Positions 28,861 to 36,713 of a stretch of 64,000 nucleotides of DNA are shown here, one piece after another. How positions within the stretch are numbered: position 1 is the stretch's first letter; the number at the start of each line of letters is the position of its first letter. The stretch spans positions 1,930,547 through 1,994,546 of the forward strand of contig OZ253546.1 in assembly GCA_965262585.1 (NCBI GenBank), read 5' to 3'. Both the position numbers and the translations under genes were made by a program. The stretch comes from Candidatus Poriferihabitaceae bacterium. GTDB lineage: Bacteria > Pseudomonadota > Gammaproteobacteria > Arenicellales > Poriferihabitantaceae. The notes below the pieces were generated by a model. The model was given only the letters and a program-made list of their open reading frames with translations. It did not search any database and was not told the DNA's origin.

Positions 28861-30027
28861 ATGGGACACCACTCGCGAATTTTTTATCTATACCTGGGTC
28901 TGCACTCGCTGCTCATCGGGATTTTCCCGTTTTTTATTCCGGTGTATCTGTGGAAGGAAGGCTACAACCTCGGCGAGTTGTCGATTTTTATCGCCATCGC
29001 CGGGTTCGGTTTTTGTCTGGGGCTGTGGGTCTGGGACCGGTTGCGGCTGAAAATCGACCTGAGTTCGATGATTGTGCTATCGCTGCTTCTGGAGATGCTA
29101 CTGCTGCTCAACGTGTACATCCTCAACATGGACATGACGCTGTCGGTGCTGGTGTCGCTGGGGATTTGTTACGGCGTTTACAACTGTTTTTTCTGGACCA
29201 CCCAGCGCGCGCTGTTTTTTGAAATCATCGAGCCGGCCAATTCCGGCCGCAAATACGGCAACTTCCAAATATTCGTCGGCGCGCTCCTCCAAATCGGCAT
29301 CCTGCTCGGCGGGTTGCTGCTGGAGCGCGCAGGCTTCGTCTATATCGTGGTGCTGTCGGCGGTCGCCGCAGTCGCCGGATTCATGGTTTTGCTGGTCAAC
29401 AAACCCGAATACCCCGACACCCTCAACCATACCGAAGCCCTGGGCTTGCGCGAGGTACTCAAATTCACCGATAAAGACGCCTCGCGACCGATTTTTATCC
29501 TCGACGGCATTTATCTTTTTCTGGAAAGTTTTTTCTGGTTACTTTCGCTATTTCTCATCGCCCATGAAAGTTTCACCCGACTGGGCATCATGATAATGGC
29601 GCTGGCGGTGATTTTCGGCATCCTGTTTTACCTGCTCAAAAACACCATCGACCGGCTCGGCAGAAAACCGATGTATCAGTTAGCGGTGGTGCTATACGCC
29701 CTCTCGTGGGTATTGCGCGCACTGACCGATGACAAAGCATCGCTGGAATTGCTGTTCATCCTGCTGGTGGCGATCACCTTCAACACCTCGATATTCCGAT
29801 TGGTAATGAACAAACGTTTTTATGACATCGCAAAACTCACCCTCTCACACCGCTATCTGGTACTCAAAAGTTACTATTCCCAAGCCGCCATTTTTGTCCT
29901 ATTCCTGCTATTCGGCTGGGCGGTATTACACTTTGAATACGATGCCACAGTGCTAACCCCAATCTACTGGGCCGCCGCCCTGGTTGCACCGGTGTACTTA
30001 ATCTACGGCGCAAAACGCTATCGTTGA
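28861..30027 (+). CDS. MFS-type permease
   Basis: 388 aa and very hydrophobic, with about 10-12 TM segments. ATG 28861 lies 10 nt after the upstream stop. Confidence 0.65.
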   Translation: MGHHSRIFYLYLGLHSLLIGIFPFFIPVYLWKEGYNLGELSIFIAIAGFGFCLGLWVWDRLRLKIDLSSMIVLSLLLEMLLLLNVYILNMDMTLSVLVSLGICYGVYNCFFWTTQRALFFEIIEPANSGRKYGNFQIFVGALLQIGILLGGLLLERAGFVYIVVLSAVAAVAGFMVLLVNKPEYPDTLNHTEALGLREVLKFTDKDASRPIFILDGIYLFLESFFWLLSLFLIAHESFTRLGIMIMALAVIFGILFYLLKNTIDRLGRKPMYQLAVVLYALSWVLRALTDDKASLELLFILLVAITFNTSIFRLVMNKRFYDIAKLTLSHRYLVLKSYYSQAAIFVLFLLFGWAVLHFEYDATVLTPIYWAAALVAPVYLIYGAKRYR

Positions 30028-30044
30028 ATTGCCCCCGGCGGGAC

Positions 30045-31436
30045 TCAATGCGCCAACGCCAAATCGGCGGCAATGGCGAAACCGATTCCTTCGGTGCTTT
30101 GTTCGGCGATTTTGAAGGTCATAATGCCGACCAAATTTCCCTCGTTATCGAATAATCCGCCCCCCGAAGAACCCGGCGAAATGGCCGCATCGGTTTGGAT
30201 ATAGCGCGTGCCGTCAAGCGTCCGCAGTTGCGAAACAAGCCCGGACGAAAGCGATAAATCGTACCCTTGCGGCGCCCCCAGACCATACACATCCTCGCCC
30301 ACCGTGAGGGTGTCATAACGCCGCACCGCCGCCGGCACACCCCACAAACCGTCCACATCCAACAAGCAAAAATCTTTCGCCACATCAGCACGGCGAATAC
30401 TGGCGGAAAAACTGCGCTCGGTATCCGCCCGGCGACCAACCGATTTATACACGGCAATCTCGCCGCCCTCATCAACCACATGGCAATTAGTCGCCACGAC
30501 ATTCGGGCGAATGATGACACCGCTGCCCTGCCCATCGCCATTGATCACAACCACCACCGAACGCCAAGCATTCTCAAACACTTTCGCGGCAATATTCACC
30601 GCTTTGGGCGCAACGGCAATGGCGATTTGCTCGCCGATGGTGGGCTTTTCCGTGGCTTGTTCCACACGATCATCAATCGCTTTCAACCGCCGCGCCGCCT
30701 CTTTCTGCGCGGCACGGATTTCGCTTTGTGATAGATACTCTCGCCAATTCTTCTTCCGCAAACTATCAGCGGCGAGTTCCTCGCCATTTGCTTTGGCGAT
30801 GGAATACCAAATATAGGCTTCATACTCATCCGTGATAACGCCTTCGCCGTTCCAGTATGAAACACCCAAATTATATTGCGCGCTTGCATATCCTTGTTCG
30901 GCCGATTTTCGAAACCACCGCACCGCCTCGCGCTGGTCTTTGACGATGCCTTTGCCGTTCGAGCATGCCAAGCCGAAATTAAGTTGCGCACCCGCTTGCC
31001 CTTGCTCCGCTGCTTTTCGAAACCACTGCACCGCTTTGTGCCGGTCTTTGGCGATTCCTTCGCCGGTCCAGTATGCGATGCCCAAATTATATTGCGCGTC
31101 AGCCAGATATTGTTCCGCTGATTTTTGATACCACTGCACCGCTTCGTGTTGGTCTTTAGCGATTCCTTCGCCGTTCCAGTATGCAACGCCCAAATTATTT
31201 TGCGCTTTCGCAAGACCCTGTTCTGCTGCTTTTCGAAACCACTGAATCGCTTCGTGCTGGTTTTCGGCTACGCCTTCGCCGAACCAGTATGCGGCACCCA
31301 AATTAAATTGCGCATTCGCATCCCCCCGCTCCGCTTTCGCACGCAATTCCTTGCTTGAAGTTTGCGCGCCCGAGAAGGGTGCCATCATCCGCGCCAAAGC
31401 GGCCACGAGCAACCCACGAAGTATTTGCATTTTCAT
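30045..31436 (-). CDS. Secreted Sel1-repeat protein fused to a C-terminal trypsin-like (S1/Trypsin_2) serine protease domain
   Basis: Signal peptide, then about 5 Sel1 repeats (GEGIAKD..EAV.W..KAAEQG...AQ.NLG.AY). Next comes the module EYEAYIWYSIAKANG...SEIRAAQKEAARRL. The protease domain has a His (TNCHVV), Asp (DFCLLDV), Ser (GSSGGG) triad. Confidence 0.8.
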   Translation of the reverse strand: MKMQILRGLLVAALARMMAPFSGAQTSSKELRAKAERGDANAQFNLGAAYWFGEGVAENQHEAIQWFRKAAEQGLAKAQNNLGVAYWNGEGIAKDQHEAVQWYQKSAEQYLADAQYNLGIAYWTGEGIAKDRHKAVQWFRKAAEQGQAGAQLNFGLACSNGKGIVKDQREAVRWFRKSAEQGYASAQYNLGVSYWNGEGVITDEYEAYIWYSIAKANGEELAADSLRKKNWREYLSQSEIRAAQKEAARRLKAIDDRVEQATEKPTIGEQIAIAVAPKAVNIAAKVFENAWRSVVVVINGDGQGSGVIIRPNVVATNCHVVDEGGEIAVYKSVGRRADTERSFSASIRRADVAKDFCLLDVDGLWGVPAAVRRYDTLTVGEDVYGLGAPQGYDLSLSSGLVSQLRTLDGTRYIQTDAAISPGSSGGGLFDNEGNLVGIMTFKIAEQSTEGIGFAIAADLALAH

Positions 31437-31460
31437 TTTTCTTCCAAGTCCCGAAAAAAA

Positions 31461-31539
31461 TTATCCCACAAATATCAAAATCCAGAGCAATACGATTTGG
31501 ATGCTGTTGACTAGTCGCCAGCCAGTCGGCGTTCTCGTG
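31461..31539 (-). repeat. Relic copy of the 3' end of the DUF4149-like gene (original at 33927..34060)
   Basis: TTATCCCACAAATATCAAAATCC[A/C]GAGCAATACGATTTGGATGCTGTTGAC is almost identical to 33927..33977, followed by homology to 34028..34055 after a roughly 50-bp deletion. Confidence 0.75.
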
Positions 31540-31579
31540 GGGTGCGGCGGCGATGGCAATATGCACATCGCCGACGGGT

Positions 31580-32911
31580 TTATTCTACGCCCTTGTCAAT
31601 CTCATCCAACCGCCGCGCCGCCTCTTTCAGCGCAGCACGGATTTCGCTTTGCGATAGACGCTCTCGCCAATTCTTACGTAAGACATCAGAGGCGCGTTCA
31701 TCGCCACTTGCCTTGGCGATGGAAAACCAGATATAGGCTTCATATTTATCTGTGATAACGCCTTCGCCGGTCTCGTATGCAACACCCAGATTATTTTGTG
31801 CGCTTGCATGTCCTTGTTCCGCCGATTTTCGATACCACCGCACCGCCTCGCGCTGGTCTTTGGCCGTGCCTTCGCCGAAGTCATATGCAACACCCAAATT
31901 ATATTGTGCGTTCACATGTCCTTGTTCCGCTGCTTTTCGAAACCACAGCACCGCCTTGCGCTGGTCTTTGGCAATGCCATAGCCGAACCAGTATGCGTGG
32001 CCCAAAGAAAATTGCGCGTCCGCATACCCCTGTTCCGCTGCTTTTCGAAACCACCGCACCGCCTCGCGCTGGTCTTTGTCGATGCCTTCGCCGCGCCGGT
32101 ATGCGTTGCCCAAAGAAAATTGCGCAACCGCAAGCCCTTGTTCCGCTGCTTTTCGATACCATCGTACTGCCTCGCGATGGTCTTCGGCGATGCCTTCGCC
32201 GTGATCATATGCTGAGCCCAAAATAAATTGCGCTCCCGCAATCCCTTGTTCCGCCGATTTTCGATACCACCGCACCGCCTCACGTTCGTCTTTAGCGGTG
32301 CCTTCGCCGAACCGGTATGCGAAGCCCAAAACAAATTGCGCGTTTGCATATCCTTGTTCCGCCGCTTTTCGATACCACCGCACCGCCTCACGCTGGTCTT
32401 TGTCGATGCCTTCGCCGTGATCATATGCTGAGCCCAAAATAAATTGCGCTCCCGCAATCCCTTGTTCCGCTGCTTTTCGATACCACCGCACCGCCTCACG
32501 CTGGTCTTTGTCGATGCCTTCGCCGTTCCAGTATGCGTTGCCCAAGTTATGTTGCGCTCCCGCATTCCCTTGTTCCGCCGCTTTTCGAAACCACCGCACT
32601 GCCTCACGCTGGTCTTTGGCGATGCCTTCGCCGGTCGAGTATGCGTAGCCCAAATCAAATTGCGCTTTCGCAAGCCCTTGTTCCGCTGCTTTTCGAAGCC
32701 ACCGCACCGCTTCGCGTTGATCTTTGCCGATCTTCTCTCCGCCGGACCAGTATATAGTGCCCATAGCATATTGTGCACTCGCACTCCCTCGCTCCGCCAA
32801 TGCACGAAGTTCATCAATTATTGAATTTTGCGCAACCGAAACAGGCACCATCATCGCCATCAAAACGACCACAACTAACATCCGAAACATCTTCATTTCA
32901 TTTTTCTCCAA
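31580..32911 (-). CDS. Secreted Sel1-repeat protein (about 10 tandem 36-aa repeats)
   Basis: Signal peptide, then a regular 108-bp / 36-aa periodicity (GEGI.KDQREAVRWYRKAAEQG.A.AQF.LG.AY). Shares the C-terminal module KYEAYIWFSIAKASG...SEIRAALKEAARRL. Confidence 0.85.
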   Translation of the reverse strand: MEKNEMKMFRMLVVVVLMAMMVPVSVAQNSIIDELRALAERGSASAQYAMGTIYWSGGEKIGKDQREAVRWLRKAAEQGLAKAQFDLGYAYSTGEGIAKDQREAVRWFRKAAEQGNAGAQHNLGNAYWNGEGIDKDQREAVRWYRKAAEQGIAGAQFILGSAYDHGEGIDKDQREAVRWYRKAAEQGYANAQFVLGFAYRFGEGTAKDEREAVRWYRKSAEQGIAGAQFILGSAYDHGEGIAEDHREAVRWYRKAAEQGLAVAQFSLGNAYRRGEGIDKDQREAVRWFRKAAEQGYADAQFSLGHAYWFGYGIAKDQRKAVLWFRKAAEQGHVNAQYNLGVAYDFGEGTAKDQREAVRWYRKSAEQGHASAQNNLGVAYETGEGVITDKYEAYIWFSIAKASGDERASDVLRKNWRERLSQSEIRAALKEAARRLDEIDKGVE

Positions 32912-32924
32912 GTTCTAAAAAAAC

Positions 32925-32976
32925 CTACTCCACAAATATCAAAATCCCGAGCAATACGATTTGTTTGTGGAGTTTA
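32925..32976 (-). repeat. Second relic copy of the DUF4149-like gene 3' end
   Basis: CTCCACAAATATCAAAATCCCGAGCAATACGATTTGTTTGTGGAGTTTA matches 33931..33970 joined to 33988..34002, with an internal deletion between two GATTTG sites. Confidence 0.7.
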
Positions 32977-33004
32977 GGGTCACCAGTGGCGAGTTTTCCG
33001 TGGC

Positions 33005-33898
33005 TTACTCGACGCGCTTGCCAATTTCCTCCAACCGCCGCGCCGCTTCTTTCTGCGCGGCGCGGATTTTACTTTGCGATAGATACTTTTGCCAATTAGC
33101 CTCACGCAATTTATCAGCGGCGGGTTCAATGCCGTTTGCCTTGGCGATGGAAAACCAGATATAGGCTTCATACTCATCCGCGATAGTGCCTGCGCCGTTC
33201 CAATATAAAGCACCCAAATTAAATTGCGCAGCAGCATGCCCTTGTTCCGCCGCTTTTCGAAACCACCGCCTCGCCTCGGGCTGGTTTTTGGTGATGCCTT
33301 CGCCGGTTAAGTATGCGGCACCCAAATTAAATTGCGCGCCTGTATGTCCTTGTTCTGCTGCTTTTCGATACCATCGCACCGCCTCACGCTGGTTTTTAGT
33401 GATGCCTTCGCCGTTCGAGTATGCATTGGCCAAATTAAATTGCGCTTCCGCAAGCCCTTGCTCGGCTGATTTTCGAAACCATCGCACTGCCTCGCGTTGG
33501 TCTTCGGCGATGCCTTCGCCTAAGTTATATGCGATGCCCAAATTATATTGCGCTTTCATATTCCCTTGTTCGGCTACTTTTCGAAACCATCGCACCGCCT
33601 CGTGCGGGTTTTTGGCAATGCCTTCGCCGCGACCATATGCGATGCCCAAAGTAAGTTGCGCATCCGTATGCCCTTGTTCTGCCGCTTTTCGGAACCACCG
33701 CACCGACTCGCGCTGGTTTTTGGCAACGCCTTCGCCGTTTAAGTATGCAGCACCCAAATAAAATTGCGCTTCTGCATCCCCCCGCTCTGCTTCCGCACGC
33801 AGAGCCTCGATTTCCTCGCTTGAAGTTTGCGTGTCCGAGAAGGGCGCAATTATCCGCTTCAAAGCAGTAGCCACCACACGAGATATCGGTCTTTTCAT
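33005..33898 (-). CDS. Sel1-repeat protein (about 6 repeats)
   Basis: Same repeat consensus and the same C-terminal module (EYEAYIWFSIAKANG...SKIRAAQKEAARRLEEIGKRVE). Confidence 0.85.
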   Translation of the reverse strand: MKRPISRVVATALKRIIAPFSDTQTSSEEIEALRAEAERGDAEAQFYLGAAYLNGEGVAKNQRESVRWFRKAAEQGHTDAQLTLGIAYGRGEGIAKNPHEAVRWFRKVAEQGNMKAQYNLGIAYNLGEGIAEDQREAVRWFRKSAEQGLAEAQFNLANAYSNGEGITKNQREAVRWYRKAAEQGHTGAQFNLGAAYLTGEGITKNQPEARRWFRKAAEQGHAAAQFNLGALYWNGAGTIADEYEAYIWFSIAKANGIEPAADKLREANWQKYLSQSKIRAAQKEAARRLEEIGKRVE

Positions 33899-33926
33899 TT
33901 TTTGTTATTCCAAGTCTCGAAACAAG

Positions 33927-34334
33927 TTATCCCACAAATATCAAAATCCCGAGCAATACGATTTGGATGCTGTTGACGAGGACGCTTTGTTTGTGGAGTT
34001 TATCGAACTGGGCTTTGTCTTGGGGGGAGTCGCTGGCCAGCCAGCGTTCTCGTGCGCCGGTTATTTTGGGGTTGAGTATCTGCCGCGCATACAGGTAGCC
34101 GCACAGCACGAGGCCCATGAGCATGAACGCCGGCGAGCGGTTGTATAGGGCGACCAGCATGCCGATGCCGGACAGGGTGATGCCCCACAGGTAGAATCGC
34201 GGGAACAGGTCGTTCAAATACCGCCCGGCGTTTTCGGCGTCGAGTAGTTTATGCACGGACGGCGCCACCAGCACGGCAAAAAACACCATGGAGCCGAAGA
34301 GTAAGGCCGAGATGAGGGAGAGTGGAGTGATCAT
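33927..34334 (-). CDS. Small 4-TM membrane protein (DUF4149/TMEM205-like)
   Basis: 135 aa with four hydrophobic segments. Its 3' end is the source of the relic copies at 31461 and 32925. Confidence 0.55.
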   Translation of the reverse strand: MITPLSLISALLFGSMVFFAVLVAPSVHKLLDAENAGRYLNDLFPRFYLWGITLSGIGMLVALYNRSPAFMLMGLVLCGYLYARQILNPKITGARERWLASDSPQDKAQFDKLHKQSVLVNSIQIVLLGILIFVG

Positions 34335-34472
34335 TGTGGGTTACGATAAAGTAGGCACGATGGTGCGGCGGGTGTCTTCGCTACCATAGTATCGTTCGGC
34401 GGTTGAACCAGTCTCAAGTATAGCCGATTGATAGCGTGGTAGGGCAGCCGGGATTGTTTAACTGGATTCCCT

Positions 34473-35500
34473 GAATTCACAAACGAAGCGCAACACTCTG
34501 CTACGGTATTACCATGGGAAATCACTACAAACAGATCACCCTTGAAGAGCGCTGTGAAATGGCCTACTTACTCACCAAGGGACACTCACTCCGACAAATC
34601 GCGGCAGCTCTGGATCGCGCGCCATCTACGGTGTCGCGAGAACTGAATCGCAATGGCTCTGCAACCAAGGGCTACGAGAAAGACTATGCCGACCTGAAAG
34701 CCCGGGCGCGGCGATGGCAAGGCTCTATGCTGGACCGCGATGAGGTGCTGCGCGAGGAAGTTTTGGATTTGCTCAAACACGACTGGTCGCCCCAACAGGT
34801 GTCCGCCGGACTTGCCCGAAAGCACCAGCGGCCAGTCATTTCCTACGAAACCATCTACCGCTTCGTCTATGCCCAAATTGCTCGTAAAAAAGAATATCCA
34901 TGGCGCCATTATCTGCCCCAAGCCCGATCAAAACGAAGCCGCCGCCGGCACAAACTGAACGGCAAAGCACCCGCTATATCCCAACGCCGGCCACTCTCTG
35001 AGCGGCCAGACACCGCCACCGACCGACAAACCCCCGGTCATTGGGAAGCCGACCTGATGCTGTTTAGCGCCTACGGTCAAGCCTTGCTGGTTGTCCAAGA
35101 ACGGCACTCCCGCCTGCTGCTCGCGGCGCGCCCCGCCGGCAAATCCGCGGCGCCCATCGCCGAACTTATCGGCGACCTGCTGGCACCGCTGCCACCCACA
35201 TGGCGGCAAACCATTACCTTCGATAACGGCACTGAATTCGCCCGCCATTACCACCTCCATGCCCTCGGTATTGAGACCTTTTTCTGCGACATCAGAGCGC
35301 CCTGGCAAAAGGGCGGTGTTGAAAATTCCATCGGTCGCTTGCGCCGGAACTTGCCCCGAAAAACCGACCTGAAAACCCTCTCAGATGAGCACTTTACACG
35401 CATCATACAAGCGCATAATAATACCCCCCGAAAGTGCCTCGGCTATCAAACTCCCGCCGAGGTTTTTAGAAACCATGTGTTGCGCTTCAAATGTGAATGT
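34473..35500 (+). mobile_element. IS30-family insertion sequence
   Basis: Terminal inverted repeats are ATTCACAAACGAAGCGCAACAC (34475..34496) and GTGTTGCGCTTCAAATGTGAAT (35477..35498), matching at about 19 of 22 positions. They enclose one IS30-type transposase ORF. Confidence 0.75.
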
Positions 35501-35524
35501 GCATTCCCGCTTTCGCGGGAATGA
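34514..35524 (+). CDS. IS30-family transposase
   Basis: N-terminal HTH (LTKGHSLRQIAAALDRAPSTVSRELNRN). DDE region (HWEADL...TFDNGTEF...PWQKGGVEN). The ORF reads through the right IR and stops in flanking REP DNA. Confidence 0.85.
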   Translation: MGNHYKQITLEERCEMAYLLTKGHSLRQIAAALDRAPSTVSRELNRNGSATKGYEKDYADLKARARRWQGSMLDRDEVLREEVLDLLKHDWSPQQVSAGLARKHQRPVISYETIYRFVYAQIARKKEYPWRHYLPQARSKRSRRRHKLNGKAPAISQRRPLSERPDTATDRQTPGHWEADLMLFSAYGQALLVVQERHSRLLLAARPAGKSAAPIAELIGDLLAPLPPTWRQTITFDNGTEFARHYHLHALGIETFFCDIRAPWQKGGVENSIGRLRRNLPRKTDLKTLSDEHFTRIIQAHNNTPRKCLGYQTPAEVFRNHVLRFKCECAFPLSRE

Positions 35525-35545
35525 CGACGAGTGGGGCTACGATTG

Positions 35546-36277
35546 CTATCGGTGTGCGAATAATTGGTCGAGGAAATTGATGAACCAGGCGTGTTGGTCG
35601 GTGTCGTGGCGGGTTGCCAGTGCATTTTGTTGGGGGCGGGTTTGTGCGCCGGGGGAATCAAAAAAAGCCCATTCGGAATCTTGCCAGCGGTGGAAAATTT
35701 CTTCGGTGACCTCGGGATGAAACTGCACTGCGTAGGTGGATGGGCCGTGCCGGAACGCCTGATTGGGGCAACTTTCACCGCTCGCCAGCAGGGTTGCTCC
35801 GGACGGCAAGTCGAACTGATAAAAGTGCGCTTGAGTAACATACAGCGGCTGCGGCATCCAGGATTGACCGTGCGCGGTCGGGGTGATTCGATAATAGCCG
35901 AACTCACATTTCCCATCGTCCATCGGGGCAACCTTCGCGCCCAGGGCATGGGCGATCAGTTGCGCGCCGAGGCAGATGCCGAGTAGCGGAATCCCGTGCG
36001 CGTGGCAGTGGCTAATCCAGGCAATCTCATCATGCAGAAACGGATACTTTTCCATCTCATCGACGTTGTGGGTGCCGCCGTATATCACGCTCCCGGCCAG
36101 GTCGTCTGCGGGGTCGCCGGACAAATCGCCAAGAGCGTCACCGTTCACCGGATAGCACCGCTCCAATTCATAGCCCCGTTTTTCGAGATGAGTGCTGACG
36201 CGATCGTCCGGCGGATTTTCATGGTGGTCGACGAGGACGATGCGCCCGCCGGTTTTTTGCGGTGTTGCTTGATGCAT
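35546..36277 (-). CDS. Class I glutamine amidotransferase (GMP-synthase-like GATase domain)
   Basis: Nucleophile elbow LGICLGAQL. HPE motif near the C-terminus (FHPEVT). Confidence 0.8.
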   Translation of the reverse strand: MHQATPQKTGGRIVLVDHHENPPDDRVSTHLEKRGYELERCYPVNGDALGDLSGDPADDLAGSVIYGGTHNVDEMEKYPFLHDEIAWISHCHAHGIPLLGICLGAQLIAHALGAKVAPMDDGKCEFGYYRITPTAHGQSWMPQPLYVTQAHFYQFDLPSGATLLASGESCPNQAFRHGPSTYAVQFHPEVTEEIFHRWQDSEWAFFDSPGAQTRPQQNALATRHDTDQHAWFINFLDQLFAHR

Positions 36278-36301
36278 GATTTTGTTCTGGGGCGGTGGCG
36301 G

Positions 36302-36595
36302 TTACTCCTGGGAGTCGGTGGTATGGAAACCCGCCGGTGCTTGGCCGTAACCGCCTGTGCCTTCGCCGAAGAAAAATCCGCTCATGTGTTTTTCCACTTG
36401 TTCCAGCGTGCTCGGGTCGGAGGTGTTGAGGCCGTTCTCATTGATGATGGCGGTCAGGCGCGTCAGCCACTGCAGCCAGCCGGGCTTCGATACATTCTCG
36501 AATACCCGTTGACCCAGTTCCCCGGGCCACGGCGGGGAGTCGAGGGCTTCGGCTTGCTGATTCAGTACGACGCAGTGCACGGTTCTGGGCGGCAT
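36302..36595 (-). CDS. yggX: Fe(2+)-trafficking / oxidative-damage protection protein YggX
   Basis: Colinear with YggX: V.C..L...AE.LD..P.PGELG.R....SK..W..W......INE..LN. Confidence 0.85.
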   Translation of the reverse strand: MPPRTVHCVVLNQQAEALDSPPWPGELGQRVFENVSKPGWLQWLTRLTAIINENGLNTSDPSTLEQVEKHMSGFFFGEGTGGYGQAPAGFHTTDSQE

Positions 36596-36713
36596 TTCAT
36601 ATTCACGGGTTGGAATCGATGCCGATTATAACCAATATTCCGCTCTATTATCTTGGCCCATCATCCCGCCCCATTCCGGTTGCGGTATACTGGCGCAAAC
36701 CACCTCGCCATCC

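Noticed and set aside
28669-30027. 452-aa ORF start at 28669
   Set aside because: The first 64 codons overlap the 3' end of the CphA-like gene. The hydrophobic protein begins at ATG 28861.
30511-33761. Many 60-300-aa ORFs in other frames across the Sel1 genes (for example 31912..32817, 33186..33761, 30683..31213)
   Set aside because: They are periodic only because they are off-frame or antisense translations of the 108-bp Sel1 repeat. The Sel1 frame gives the canonical repeat consensus and signal peptides.
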